Made by a program: the position numbers and the translations under genes
Notes under the pieces: model-generated
The model's input: the letters and a program-made list of their open reading frames with translations, nothing else
Told to the model about the DNA's origin: nothing
The model's database searches: none
Origin: Amoebidium appalachense
Taxonomy: Eukaryota > Protista > Ichthyosporea
Assembly: GCA_963693365.1 (NCBI GenBank)
Contig: CAVNZM010000016.1
Location: 2,693,957 to 2,757,956, forward strand
Direction of reading: 5' to 3'
DNA: 64,000 bases
Part shown: positions 1-28,090 of the stretch, piece after piece
Layout: each line of letters begins with the position of its first letter
How positions within the stretch are numbered: the first letter of the stretch is position 1

Positions 1-36
1 TTCTAAGTTTCTGTTATAAATAATAATAATACGCAC

Positions 37-616
37 CAGGCAAGCGGTGTCCAGGAGTGGGAGGATTGACCGGATGAGTAACTTGAACGGGAGGAAAACC
101 CACTCGTGGGTGGGGAGGTTGGGGGGCTGGGCCGGTAACTTGAACGGGCACCGGTGGCGTGGGTTTTGTGGGTGGCACGGTAACTTTGGAGGATGACTTG
201 GTGGTGTTTGCCGGCTGTGATTTGCATGTTGCCGCCGCAGTCTGTTGGATTAAAAACAGGAGCAGGGTTAGAAAAATTATGTTGGCTCATCTACTCAAAA
301 AAAACAAAAAAAAACATCTGATACGTTATATCTCCACATATAATTTGTGTGATGTAAGTGCAACGTTGCTTTTACATGTATATCTAGTTGGGTGGAATTA
401 CTGTTGGCCTTGGTGTAGACAATTCATCAAAGCTCACCTACAAGTCCTTTATAAACAGCACATTCCCCCACATCTAGTACTTACTACGCATGCAGGTCCG
501 CGCACACACGCATTTTGACACCGACTATACATAGAGGTGAAATTTCTTATCATGGCTCGTTTTGTTGATGCAGACATCATGTGTAATAATGTAAACAGGG
601 AAATTTTTCCGGGGGA

Positions 617-666
<50 letters not shown>

Positions 667-885
667 TCGGAAGCGAATGGGTGGGTATATGGATGGGTGA
701 GAAAGACGGGGAGAAGGGGTTAGGGAGGAAAAAAAACGTACGGTGAGAAGGGAGAGAGGAAGGACAGAGAAAGGGGGGAGATAATAGGATAATAGGATGG
801 TTAGGCAGCGGACAAAGCCGGGGATGGAATTTTATTTTCTGGGGGAGGGAGGGAGGGGGGGGGGGGGAGGTTTGTGTGTGTGTGC

Positions 886-964
<79 letters not shown>

Positions 965-1615
965 TGTAGGTGTTTTGGGGGGGATGGTGTGTACCTGCTG
1001 AAGAGACACAAACATGAAACGAGGAAATCCCCTGCTGTACTTGAACAGTTTCGTTTCCTTTTCTGGGATGTTGCCAACGTGACGGAGGAGAGTGACGCCA
1101 TATTTGGAAAGGGAAGAGTGGAGGGACCACACAGATTCGAGGCTCCAATCGTATTTCTCGGTGGCACGGATGTGGAGAAGTGCTAGAAGAATCTGTGTGT
1201 GTGTGTGTTGGGGGGGGGGGGGGGGGGAGGGGGAGAAGGAGGGGGGAGGAGGAAGGGGTTGGGGGGAGGAGGAGGGCGGGGGGCGGGGGCAGGGAAGGTG
1301 GGGGGAGGGGGAAGGAGGGAGAAAAGGAGGAGGAGGTGGGGGGGGGGGGGGTTGGCGTGGAAAGAGATTGTGTGCATATGGGTGGATTTGGAAGGAGGGT
1401 GGTGGTGGTGGGTGGGTGGGGGGGGGGGGGGGGGGGGGGGAAGTAGGGGTGGGGGGGAGGGGGGGAGGGAGAAGAAAGTTTGTGGGTGTATGGGCTGGGT
1501 GTTTGGTTTTGGGGGAGGTGCTCAGCTCGGTGGAAAGGGTTAGAAGGCATTTAGGGACAGATGGGAAACATGAAGTGAAAGGCAGAAGTGGTGAAAAGGC
1601 GGCGGCGGGGTGGGT

Positions 1616-1655
<40 letters not shown>

Positions 1656-2198
1656 CTGGGAGTAGAAGAGCCTAAGAGGGGAAGTAATTTCTTCAAAAAA
1701 GAAAAGAGGGGAGGGGATCGAAAGTGAGGCAGCAGGCAGGAAAGGGAGGGGGAGGGAAGGGAGGGAGGGGGAGGGGGGGGGAGGGGCGGAGGGGGGTACG
1801 GAGAGGGGGTGGCCAGGGTGGGAAATTCCTAATAGACAGCCGAAGATGTTATGTAGAAGTGAGGGAACATCAGCATGCTTGTAACCAACCACTTTGACTC
1901 TACATAAAAGGGGGGAAAGAGGAAGGAGGGGGGGAGGGGGGGGGAGGGGGGGAGGGGGGGGAGGGGAAGGAGGGGATGAGTGGAGAAAGAGGGAGAGAGA
2001 AAAAGAGAAGAGAGAGGAGGGGTCGGGTGGGGGAGAGGGGATTCAGAGAGGGGGGAGAGAGAGAGAGAGGGGGGGGGGGGGGGGGGGGGGGGGGGGATAA
2101 ACGGGAAGGTAAGGGGGGCATCGAGGGAGGAGTATAAACATTGAGGAGATGAGGTGAACTTTAGGAACGGGCTGAAGGGAACAAAAGAAGAGCCAAGA

Positions 2199-2234
<36 letters not shown>

Positions 2235-2542
2235 GGGGGGTATGGGTAAAAATCGGAGGATGTGTGTGCCTGTATGTGTGTGTGTTGGGGAGAGGGGGGG
2301 GGGGGGGGAGGGGGGGGGGGGGGGGGGGGGCACACCGGCAAGTCGGGGTGGAGGGGGACAGAGGAGAGGGCCGGATCACGTGACACTAATTCCAGATCGT
2401 CCCGTGTGACGTCATTGTTCCCCTGGAGGAGTCGTCGTAGGAGTGTGGGTGCACCTCCACTCACACCATGAAAGGTAGGCTGTGGTTTTCGAGTATTTTG
2501 TGCCATGGTTCGAAAATGTTTGAAGAGTCTCGTTCGTTCCCA
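37..2542 (-). CDS. Hypothetical multi-exon protein (partial; continues past the left edge, 5' exons uncertain)
   Basis: Phase-compatible GT-AG exons 2336-2542 (WERTRLFKHF...VPLHPDLP), 995-1192 (ILLALLHIRATEKYDWSLESVW...FVSLQQ) and 37-241 (Pro/Thr-rich TAAATCKSQP...GHRLP). Candidate upstream exons near 3180-3290, 3410-3500 and 4310-4435 could not be joined with confidence. No family recognised. Confidence 0.45.
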
Positions 2543-3659
2543 CTGTGTTTGTTTCCTTTTTATGACTTCTCTCTCTCCGCTCTTCCTTATTTCTTTCTTC
2601 TTCCAGTTTCTTTCTTTTTTTCTTTCTTTTTTTTACTTACTTTCTTCCTTTCTTTCCTTTCTGTCTTTCTGTCTATTTCTGTTTCTTTCCTCCTCCCTTT
2701 ATTACTTTCTCTATCTCTCCCCCTTTATTTATTTCTTTCTTTCCTTCTTTCTTCTTACCTTCCTTCCTTCTTTTCTTTATTTAGTTTATCCCCAACTTAT
2801 AAAGTTGAAATTTGCTGAACTGTCACGATGGAATACAGTTTCTTCTCACACACAGACTTCGTTCACGATTCTACCTCGTTTTCTTTCTTTTTTCAGAGTT
2901 TTCCGAGTTTCTCTACTCATTCACCTCTCTTCCGTTCCTTTCAATGCCTCTGAATCCCTAATGCCCCTCCTTCTTGTCTTTTCTTTTCTTTTTCTCTTTT
3001 TTTTTGGGGAGTAAACTGCTTACTTCGTGAACGAAAAATCTCCCGTGTCTTACCCCAAAACCTGCTCTCAACACGTCACTCACCCGGCCACCAAGGAAAA
3101 ACAATAACGTGAATGACAGGAGCTTTGCCCTTGTTCTCCGTTTTTGCCCCCCCCCCCCCCCCCCTTTTTTTTTTTTTTACGGGCCTTTTTGGGGCTGTTG
3201 AATGGTTGGGGCACGTTGGCATGCTGTGACAAATATGGCAGTGAAAAAGAACCAAATTTGGTAATAGCTGCTCCGGCTGAGGAAAAATGCCTAATATGGC
3301 AACAGGTTCAAATTTCCCTCTTTCCTAAATATGGGAATTACGTGGTGTTATCTGGGCTTCTGAGAGCACGTGAATGTGTGAGAAGTGTATAATCTCAATT
3401 CAAGCTCACAATATGAAACTCCGGTTTTTGGCTGAAGTATCGTGTTTATACCCCCCACAGTACTGAAAAAATCGTGTGCGCACCTACATGTTGGAAACTG
3501 TTGAGTAGTGTACATGTACAGAAGAAAACAGAAGAGAAACAAAAAAACAACAACGACAAGAAAAAAAGAAAGAGAACAAAAAAAAAAAAAAAAAAGGAAC
3601 ACTTATCCAAAAAAAAACAAACAGATATAGCCTTCAGGCAAATCACGACGTACACACGG

Positions 3660-3712
<53 letters not shown>

Positions 3713-3716
3713 GAGG

Positions 3717-3874
<158 letters not shown>

Positions 3875-5588
3875 AAGGGGGGGGGGGGGGGGAGGATTGG
3901 AGGTAGCCTAGGGTCGGGGGTGGGTGTGTAGAAGAAGGGGGGGGAAGGGGAGGGGGAGAGAGAGGGGGGGGGGGGGGGGGGGGGGGGGTTCCCAATTGGT
4001 TTGGCCACAACGTGAAAAAGGGGAGGGGCATGGGATAAAGGGGGGGGGGGGGAAGGGGGGGGAGGAGGGAAGTTTGCACTGAGGAAAGGCCAGTGGATTG
4101 ACAGATACAATTATTGGATGGAGCGCGCGCGTGTGTGTTTGTGTGTGTGTGTGCGCGTCCACACACGTGTCAGCGAGTATGGCTGGGTCTCTCTCTCTCT
4201 CCCTGTGTGTGTGCGCGCGTTGTGTCTGTGTGTGTGGGGGGTGAGGGGGGGGGGGGGTGGGGGTGGGGTGGGGGGGGGGGGGGGGGGGGGGGGGGGCGGG
4301 AGGAGCAGCCGTCCTTTTCCCATTCATATCATCCATAGATAACTCATATGAAACGACGTCATGAGGGGGAACCATTGCATGGGGTCTTATCGTAGGTGAA
4401 TTTCGAATTTGCACTATGTGAGCAAAAGGACCCCCTGAAATTTAAACAGTTAGTCACCGTGTGATAGCAAAGATCCAGTTGAGAACGGGGAATTGAAAAA
4501 GGAGCCCCAAAATGCTTTATTTATGCGACCGTGGCGGTTGAGAATGTACACACACACCAATGATATTCAACGAGCATCGCTATTCTACTCAGACTAACTT
4601 ATTATATTTTAAACGTAATATTAAAGTACAGTTGAAGCTGAAAGGGTAATAGTAACCATACCATCATGCACATGGCGTGAAAAACGCAAGCAAACGGAAC
4701 ATAAGCCAACACACATGCGGAAATAAAAAAAAAAAAAGCAAAAAAAAAAAACAAAACAAAAAAAAACAACAACGAACAAGCATAAAATATAGTCTTAGTT
4801 GTCCCATCAACCACAACACTGATAATCACCAGCAACCCATGCCATAACTCATAGATGATAATTAATGAATTAAAATCCTACACAGCCAATCACCAAGAGG
4901 CAATAAAGAGTAAATACTACATCGTCCCGTGCGCAGGGTTTCTTTCTAAACCAGGGGGCTAATCATTATACGGGTGCTGTGTGCTTTTCCACGATTCGTT
5001 CATGTCCTTTGTTGTGAACCACCAGCCACCACCGCAAAATCTTCAACTCTGTGTGGGAAAAAGCAATTATTCAGGTGCTTAATACACAAGGGATCCCCCC
5101 CCCCCCCCCCCCAAAAAAAAAAAAAAAAAAAAAAAAAAAACATCCCCCCGAGTTTGACACGCGTGTGCCTGCGTGCGTGTGCCTGCACATCTACGTGGAG
5201 TGCGTGGGTGTCCGTATTTTGTGCGTGTTTCAAAATCTATGCTTGTGTGCCTGTACGTGTTCGTGTATGTGTGTGTGTGCTTGTGTGATGTCCGTATGTG
5301 TGTGTTTTTTAACGTTTATGTTTATGTGCAAAAATGTGTACGCGCGAGCGCTCGCTGTGCACACATACGTGAGTGTATGTGTGTACACGTGTGGGTGCGT
5401 AAGCACTTAATTTAGGGGTGGAGCACGGAAAAATGTTTGTGTAGTTATGCTGACTAGAGTTTTAGCGCACATGTATGCGTATGTGTATGTGTATGCAACC
5501 GTGTGCCGAGAAGGGGTGAAGGAGAGGGACGGAAAGCAGGGAGGGAGAGAGATGGGGGGAAGAGGGGGAGGATGAGGGAGGAAGGCAG

Positions 5589-5630
<42 letters not shown>

Positions 5631-5953
5631 GGGGGAGTAAGAATCTGTTGCTGGTTACGATTTCACATTCACGACAGACAACACTATGCAGATCGTAAAG
5701 GTGGCACACAAAAGTTGTATGCAAAATAAGCAGAGCCAACACTCAGAGAAGGCCCAAGTCATCCCCAGAACCCGATTTTCAATCCGGCGGAAAGAGCGGG
5801 GCAGGGGGGGGGGGGGGGGGGAGAAGGGGGGGGGGGGGGGGGGAGGGGGGGAGAAGGGGGGGGGGAGGGGCGAAGAAGGGGGGAGGGGGGGGGGGTTGCG
5901 AGGGCCCCGGGGGACGGGTGGGGGGAGGGGGGGGGGGGGGTGGGTTTGTTTAC

Positions 5954-17572
<11,619 letters not shown>

Positions 17573-18045
17573 TTTCTCTGTCGTGTAGGACTAATAAATA
17601 ATAATGAAGAGGGAAAAAAAAGAGAACGGGTATATTCCTCGTGTCTTCCTCGTGTGTTTTTTCGCAATTTTGTTTGGTAAAATACAAAACACAACAATCG
17701 TTGAATGCAATATCCCCGCAGCAACTCGAAGCACACAGTTTCGAGCCTTTTCTGTGACGGCGGTCGAAGGTCGGTCGAAGTAGACGTGGAGTTGGACCCC
17801 AATTGAATTTCTGGAAAAGTATAATCAAAAATAGTAAAACAAATCTTTTATTAAGCCATAATACTCATGTTGCAAAGCTTAGTAGAAATAAAAGCCTATA
17901 CTGTGTTAGCTGCGTACAACTGTATTTCATTTTCTAAGTTACCCTGTTTGGCAGAGTCACTTAAAACTGTTTTAAACTATTTTCTATCTCTCTGTGTAAT
18001 TTAATACGGCTTTCACGGTAAGGGTATATACAGACATCCGCATAT

Positions 18046-18091
18046 CCAATCAACAGTCGTTTAAACAGATTGGCGGGAAACAATAGCCAAT
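18046..18091. promoter_or_regulatory. Candidate divergent promoter core: three CCAAT boxes and an E2F-like site
   Basis: CCAAT at 18046-18050, ATTGG at 18069-18073, CCAAT at 18087-18091 and TTGGCGGGAAA at 18070-18080 (reverse complement TTTCCCGCCAA), in repeat-free DNA upstream of the RHL1 start. Confidence 0.45.
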
Positions 18092-19017
18092 CGTTACAGT
18101 GTTACGTGAGCCCTTGTTCTCCCTTGAGTGCGATCCGTCCGGCAGCCGTTTGGCCGTGCCGGGTTTTGTTTTCGTTTCCAAAGTTTAGCGTTTACTACAG
18201 CTGTGCAGGGGGTTGACGCACTATTTATTGCTGCGGACATCGTCAGGGGCCCAGCGTTACTTGCCGGCCTATTGCGTTTTCAAAAGTGTGTTGAATCATA
18301 ATTCTTTAGCTCACACAATTGTCTGACTAAAAACCATAAGGAGAGTGCATGTCAAAGCATTTTCCTAACAAGTTACACTATCCGATGTGCTCACTTTCCG
18401 GTAGTTTCTGGGCACAGCTTTCGACTGCTTCGGTATAGTAATAGTATCGCATCCAGATTTTCTGTCTTCCTTCTTTCTTCTGGGATGGTTAAAGTGTGCA
18501 TCAGCCTGTCTAATGAGTACTCAAAGAAATAACTAAGTCTTCTATACTCAACGTGAATGCACAAGTAAGATGTGAGCCGAAGCAAATGCCAAATAATGGA
18601 AGGGTATGCATCGTCGGTGCCGGCCGTGACCCAAACAAACAGCGCCCACCACCAACACTGTATTATACCCCCCCCCCTCCCCTCCCCCCCCCTCCCCCCC
18701 TCCATTACACAGACACAAAAGCTCCCGTTCCGCCCCCCTTCCTCTCCCCTTCTCCTTCCAAACGACATTGGGCTCAGATCTCCCGCATCTCAACCTTTCG
18801 TTGCTGCTTCTTGATTTACGTTTTCTACCCCCCCTCTCCTCCCTCCCCCCCCCCCCCCCCCCCCTCTACACAGACACATAGATTCATACCCACATATACT
18901 TTGCTTATCTATTTCTGCTTCTAATTGCTGTCACTTCTTCCCTTCCCTTGACCAGCACAACATCAACCCACACCAACACCCACAAGGCCACATACACACA
19001 CGACACACACACACACA

Positions 19018-19053
<36 letters not shown>

Positions 19054-19688
19054 TCACTCACTCAATCACAAGGCCACATACACACACACGACACATACAC
19101 ACACACACACACCCATTTACCTCCCGACACACGTACACCCCCCCCCCCCCCCTGCCCCCTGCCCCTTTCCCCGCACACACACACACACACACAAACACGC
19201 AACCACCCCGTACTCGCCTCCCCCCCCCAACCCCACCCATCCACCCACACGCATCCACACGCACACGCAACATGAACACACACGATTCTTCGTGCTTTAT
19301 ACCTGTCACCCACTCACCACCACCTGATACTCACTATGCAATTCTTATAACTAGCGGTTGCCTTCCTTTTTTGTTTTGAAGCACGGCAGAAGGCTTGAAC
19401 AATCTCCCCCCCCCCCCCCCCCCCTCCCCCCTCCCCTCCCCCCCCCCCCCACACACACACACTCCTTCCCGGGCGCTACCCAACCCCTCGGTTCCTTTCG
19501 AAGGCTTCGGTGCCGAAAAGGTAACAAAAAGAAACATAAACCAACAGATCTCCCCCCCCCCCCCCCCCCCCCCCCCCCCCATCTCCAACCCCTTGCCCTG
19601 CCCCGCCCATCTCACCCCCTCCCCCTCTCTCTCCCGCCTCCCTCCCGCAAACCCCATCGCCTCAGTTCCGTGGTGCTTATAACTTAAG

Positions 19689-21590
<1,902 letters not shown>

Positions 21591-23619
21591 CTTTAAACCA
21601 ATGAATGTGGAGACCACACTTAGACTTGTTTGCATATATGAATCTGCTGGGGTATGAATGAAAAGGTTTCTTTTGTTCACTGGAAAAAGAAATCAGACAA
21701 GTTTAAGATTTAATGTTATTGGCAGAGTCCGTTGTGGGCAAATGTGTGAAGGGCCTGGGGCAAGTGCACATGTCCATTGCCTAAAATGGAAATAGAGCAG
21801 ACACGTATGGTTTTAGGAGCTAGGATTTCGATCGGGAGTACGTACCCCGACAGTCTGTTGAAGCTAGCTGACTGCCGAGTAGTTTTCGATCTTAAATGAT
21901 GACGTCATTTATCAGAGGGATGGCAGCTAACTCTCGGTAGTCTGACAGCAGTACACAGTCTTTATTGATCCCCTAGACCTCAATTTCAGCCCCGAGAAAT
22001 CTTTGCCTATGTGCTCTACCCCGTGTGAATGTGTCCACGCATAAACGGTATTGATTCAGAATGTGAAGCATTTATCGATATTATTACATTATATTAGTAT
22101 TCAATATTGTTTGTTATAGTATTATATCGTTGTTAAATATTTATTTATTTATTCTTCGGTATGCATTTATGTGCTTGGGTTTTGAAACCTATAATCCTTA
22201 GGCACTTGCTCGGAGGCTTATGATTAAGGGATTTTCGAAATAAAAGATCCTGAAGCAACCTTTATTGGCAACCATGTACATATATGGTATATTTCAGTAC
22301 TAGTATATATTAATTAGTATCATGATCCACATGTTTTTCCAATAAAAACCATAGCAACCACGTGCAGCGCACAATGTCGCCAGTTAACCCAATAACTATT
22401 GACCACGAGGTCACTGTATCTTCAATTTTAAAACTGATGCTAAAACGGACGGTAAGGTTAAGGACACTTAAGGAAAGTGTGCATATTTTACAAATAGATG
22501 ATCCGAAAACTGTTCTCTAATTTAGGAATAGTCGGTATGTGAAAAGTCTTGAATGTTTTTCCGCAGTTGGCGTGGCTGGGGTAGTAATCTTCGGCAAAGT
22601 GTGTACTAATAGTTAGGTTTGTGAAGCGTAAGGATGGTTTAGCTTAGCTGAGCACATAGATAGCACCCTCTGAGTTTACTGTCGGTGCAATATTAATGTG
22701 GTACACGGTCATTCCCCCGAGGGCCTGCAAAGGTCTTCCGGCGATAAAACGTGATAAAATAGAAATGAAACAATTAAATAACTTTAAATAAATAAATAAA
22801 TAATTTTCCGCAGTGAATACTTTTGGGTCACCAGGCTGAACCAGGTTTCACGAAGCTTTTGGTGCTGCACAGTGTGTCTGTGCATATAAGGTGCCGCATT
22901 GCTACGGCCCATGCATGTTGGTTACCCAAGCCATCAGTGACAACCACACCGTCATGTGCAACTAGTTGTTGGGTGGCTTGATTGTGGGACAGCACGAGAC
23001 ATGATGCAATGCAATTCTCCATGGATTTTTTCTCTCTGAACTGAATTTATTTAAACGGTGCAGGCTGCAAGCTTGCAAATGCATTCACTGCACACTTTGA
23101 TGATTTGAGTCTTACATAATGCCCTTTGCCCCTTGCCCAGTCATGAATGTGCTATCTAAGGTTCGCGCGCGAGTGTTCCGCTCAGAAGAAAGACGGAGGG
23201 GGGGCGGGGGGGGGGGGGGGGGGGGGGGGGGGAGGGGACGGGATGTTAGCCTAAGGAGCGTAATTGGTGACGTAAGAAAACTCTCCATATACTGACTATT
23301 CGTTTTTGACTGCTAGGCCGTATCCACTAGGTGTAGAGAGGCCAGTCTCCGGGTATGGGGGGTTTATAATTTGCTTAGTATATCACCTCAGCGGTGTATC
23401 ATGATCAGATACATACTGACATAGCTCATAGATGTCGGGTGATAATTATATCAGGGTTTTCTTACTCTAAGAATCACCATATAAACGAAGCCTGAATCCA
23501 TTAGTTGGGTTCCCGGTTTTTTTAACTTTTTAAATTTTTTTGATAGTTTTATATCAGAACACGACGTTACAACATACAAATTGTATGTGAAGATATAACG
23601 TACAAGATATACACCATTA

Positions 23620-24080
23620 GGGCCCGTTGACAACATCGGCTGAGTCTACTTGCTCTGAGCATCCATTATTCTGCAAAAAGCAGAAGTATTCTGCAGTCGT
23701 GTTACAACATACAAATTGTATCACGGTGGAGATATAACGTACAAGATATACACCATTAGGGCCCGTTGACTACATCGGCTGAGTCTACTTGCTCTGAGCA
23801 TCCATTATTCTGCAAAAAGCAGAAGTATTCTGCAAAAAGCAGAATTATTCTAGCAAAAGCAAAATTATTCTGCAGAAGCTGAATTATTTAGCAAAAGCAG
23901 GAGTATTCTGCAAACAGCAGAATCCGATTGAATCTGCTAAAAGCAGATTTATTCTGCGAAAAGCAGAGCGATCCTGCTCTTGCGGAATAGTTCTCGCCAA
24001 AAGCAGATTACTTCCGCTGAAAGCGGAGTGATTCTGAATTCCGCTTTTTGCAAGTTGACTCTGCCGATGTGGTTGGACCC
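23620..24080. mobile_element. Foldback/MITE-like element with imperfect TIRs and internal ~21-nt palindromic repeats
   Basis: Left end GGGCCCGTTGAC.ACATCGGCTGAGTCTACTTGC (duplicated at 23620 and 23759) is largely the reverse complement of right end GCAAGTTGACTCTGCCGATGTGGTTGGACCC (24050-24080). The interior is made of GCAGAATTATTCTGCAAAAA-type units. No clear TSD. Confidence 0.6.
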
Positions 24081-25208
24081 GGTATCATTAATATGTAGAG
24101 ATACAAGTTTTTTTTGTTTTTGTTTTTTTTGATGCGGAAAGGTTTCTTATTTATGAATCATGATACGGTATACGAATGATGTTCAATATGATATATGGAA
24201 CGTTCTGTCATTTGCGAGTGGTTGGTATGTGGGGGAAAAGTTTCTTATTCGCTGTACAAAAAGTCAGTGTTCTGATATAGAGAGCTTTTTTAATTTACGA
24301 ATTATATGGTAGTCAGTATGACACAACATACATGGAAATTTTTCTTATTTACGAATAGCTTTGCAGTAAGTATCATACGTGGAAAGTCTTCAAGGCTTAC
24401 TTGCTGTAATGTACGAATAGTCAGAATATACTCAGTTACGAATAGCCAGTACGTGGAGAAGTTTTCTCATTTCAGCAATTACGCAACCAACATCCCCCCC
24501 CCCCCCCCCGCGCCTCTCGAGGCTCGAGGCCTCCCCAACCCCCCCCCCCCCTCCCCCCTCCCCCCTCGTCTTTCTTTTGAGTGGAACACAAGCGTGCCAA
24601 CCGCAGATAGCACATTCAGGTTTATAGTACTAGCGAACCTCTGCACAAATATCCATATCACCCCTTGCTTGAATCGTAGCTCTTCCACAACACACAAAAC
24701 CGTTTCTTGCTCTTATGCGTGTGTGTTCCTTGCGTTTGAGTGACGTGCCGCGGCGTGCCCGTGTGCGTGCGCGCGTGACTCTGTGCTTGTACGTCTGTGC
24801 ATGTTTACGATGTACGTGTGTGACTTTACTTTGTGCACGGTAGCAGCGTTATTTCAGCAGAGAGCATTTCTGGGTGACCAGACCAGGCTGGTTGTTCATA
24901 GGCGACAACTGCACCAACCATGCTCCTAACATCCCGGTTTGGCCGGAGGGAGCGGCCAACAAAGTGGAATGATCCCTTCAATCAATCCCCACACTCCCCT
25001 CCCCTTCTCCTGTGCGGGACACACACGTGCCGCACGCAGGTAGCAGACTCATATCAAACAAACGTCTGGCATGTGCGGCATCACTTGTAGCTCCCCACAA
25101 CACATCAAAACCATTCTGGCACCCCCCTTTATGTGTGGCACGCGCGTGCGTGTGCGTGCATGCGTGTGTGCGTGCGTGCCTGCATGTGTGTGTGCGTGTG
25201 TGCATGTG

Positions 25209-25256
<48 letters not shown>

Positions 25257-25268
25257 TGTGTGCGTGTG

Positions 25269-25308
<40 letters not shown>

Positions 25309-25695
25309 TGTGTTTGTATGTGTGTGTGTGTTTGTATGTACATGTGTGTGTGTGTGTGTGTGCGCGCGCGCCACACTCCCCCTCCCCCTTCTCCTGTGCG
25401 GGACACACACGTGCCTTTTATTTTTTTGGTGTTTAATGAAAACTGTTTTTACTGAATAGTCATCTTGGAAAAATTCTTATGAATAGTCGGTATCTTAAAA
25501 ATATTCTTATTTATGAATAGTAGTTTGCAATGATTATTATTCAGAATAGTCAGTATCTTGAAATTTTTCTCATTTACATATGAATGGTCAGTATGTTGCC
25601 AAAGTTTTCATATTATTTTGCCAACCACACTCCGATTAACATTTTGCCAACCACACTCCGATTAACACCCCGCATCCCTCCCCAGTCAGTCCCCC

Positions 25696-25726
<31 letters not shown>

Positions 25727-27851
25727 ATCTTTGTCCTGTGCGGGACCCACTCGTGCCACCCGCAGATATCAGACTCAACAAAACGAGCGTCTGCGCACAC
25801 ATGCATATCACCCCTTCTGGCCGGGGCTCCACAACACATCAGAACGTTAACCTTTTCCCCCTTGCGTGCGTGCGTGCTTGGGTGCGCGCTTGTGTGCGTG
25901 TGTGTGTGTTTGTGTGCGTGTGTGTGTGTTGGAAATGTGTGTTTCGCGGTTTGTGTGTGTGTGAGTTTGTGCATAGTAGGAACAGCCTGTATTACTGGGT
26001 GACCAGACGGGGCGAGATTTGGCCGACTTCCCCACTTCGCGGCCAGCGTACAGTAACTCAACACTTGCTGCACAGTGTGACTGTGCACCTAGCATACTGC
26101 ATTGCTATGGCTCATGCATGTTGGTCACCCAAGCCATCGGTGACAACCACACCTTCATGTGCAACTAGATGTTGGGTGGCTTGATTGTGGGACAGCACGA
26201 GACATGATGTAATTCAATGCTCAATGAATTTTTTTCTCTTTGAACTGAATTTACCCAGCCGATGGAGGTTGATTTATGCATTGCACACTTAAAGGTATAT
26301 TGAGTTTGACGTATTGCCCTTCATTGCTTGCCCCTTGGTGGATACGGGCCCAGTAGCCAAAAACGGTAAGTCATTATATGGAAACTTCTCTCATTTGGTT
26401 TTTAGTCGGCATGATGTGAAACCTTTTGAATATGCGAATAGTCAGTGTCTGGAAAATTTCCTTATTTGCAAACTAGTAGTAAGTATGTTGAAAGTTTTCT
26501 TTGTTCGCCAACCACGCCGCCCTATTGACACCTCACTTCCCCCCCCCCCCCCCCCAGCCTGCCCGCCCGTCCCCAACCTCCCCCTCCCCTGCGCAGAATT
26601 ATGCTATTAGCAGGATCGTATCAGATGAACGTCGACACACGAACCTAGCAGTCAAAAATGTATAGTCAGTATAGTATCGGGAAGTTTTCTTGTTTCACCA
26701 TTTACGCTTCTAACCCCCCCCCCCCCCCCCCTTCTCCTCTGCGGGAACACACACATGCCATCCCCAGACAGCAGACTCATATCAGAAGAACATCAACATG
26801 AGCAACTAGATGTTGGGTGGCTTGATTGTGGGTCAACACGAGGCATGATGCAATGCAATGATATATTGATTTCTTTTATTATTACTGAATTTGTTCAACC
26901 GGTGGAGGTGAAACTATGTTTTACATACTACAGACTAGTGGGAGTGTTTTGAGTGTCAGTGACATATTTCCCTGCACCCCTTGCCCCCTAGTGGATACGG
27001 TGGTAAAGTCAAAAACGAATAGTCAGAACGGTTGAAAGTTTTCTTACTTCACCAACCACACTCCTAACGTTCCCCCTCAATCCCCCCCCCCCCCCCCCTC
27101 CCCCCCTTCCTCCTTCCCCCCTCCCCCCCTTAGTCCTGTGCGGAAGACAAGCATGCCATCCGCATATAGGCGACTCATATCAGACAAACGTCGGCACACA
27201 CATGAATAAATCCCCCATTGTACATCGCCGAGGCACAACAACTGGTTACACATCGAACTCCATCTCGCCCTTGCGCTCGCGCGCGTGTGTGCGTACGTGT
27301 GCATGCATGAGTGTGTTTGATGTTGTGCATGTTGGCAATGACATTTTAGCAGTAAAATGTGTTTGGGTGACCAGACCTGGCCGAGTATCGACAGGACATG
27401 TGCGATCGATTGCACATGTGTCTCCCCAATACATAATGTGCCGCATTGTTACGGCCCATGCATGTCGGTCATCCAAGCCATCAGGGACAGCCACACCTTC
27501 ATGTGCAACTAGATGTTGGGTGGCTTGATTGTGGGACTGGACGAGACATCTATAATGCAATGCTCTACATAGCTATATTTGGTGGGCATCATGTGGGCTC
27601 TATGCAGTATGAATATTGCGGGCATGAGGCTCTATCCCATGAATTTGGGATGGGACGGGAGTCTTTGCTCTATGAATTTGGTGTATGCATGCGTAAAACA
27701 GGTGCGAAAATGTTTGGATGCTGTCTGGTATGGAACTTACAGGCCCGGCTCGCTTTCATGCATGTGGGGTACTGGAGCTGTTGTGAGATGCGCTCTGTTT
27801 ATTTGAGTTTTTGATTGGGTGTGGGGTAATGTGGAGGTGATTTGGTATAAA

Positions 27852-28090
27852 GGGTCCAACGATGTTGGTAGAATCAACTTGCTCCGATGAGAGTTATTCG
27901 AGAATTATTCTGAAAAGAGCAGAATTGGACCGCATAAAGCAGAAGTATCTTGCAAAGAACAGGATTGTTCTAAAGCAGAACTGTTCTCCAAAGTGCAGAA
28001 TTATTTTGCAAGAAGCATATTTTATTCTGCACGGACGGGATCATCCTGGTAAAATCACAAATAATCTGCTAAAAAGCAGAATTATTCTGC
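27852..28090. mobile_element. Left half of the same foldback/MITE family
   Basis: GGGTCCAACGATGTTGGTAGAATCAACTTGCTC followed by GCAGAATTATTCTG repeats. Confidence 0.55.

Noticed and set aside
2468-3014. Phe/Leu/Ser-rich membrane protein on the + strand
   Set aside because: It is a translation of a pyrimidine-rich low-complexity tract, and the opposite strand has stops in all frames examined.
22867-22885. CACAGTG as a RAG/Transib recombination-signal heptamer (also in the 51560 minisatellite)
   Set aside because: No ACAAAAACC-like nonamer at 12 or 23 nt, and the word is expected often in CA/TG-rich DNA.
22893-23012. 5S rRNA (core starts GCTACGGCCCAT and is about 120 nt)
   Set aside because: No A/C-box internal promoter, no complementary 3' end for helix I and no oligo-T terminator.
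23660-24050. CRISPR-like array of palindromic repeats
   Set aside because: The units are contiguous degenerate ~21-mers without unique spacers, there are no cas genes, and the context is eukaryotic.
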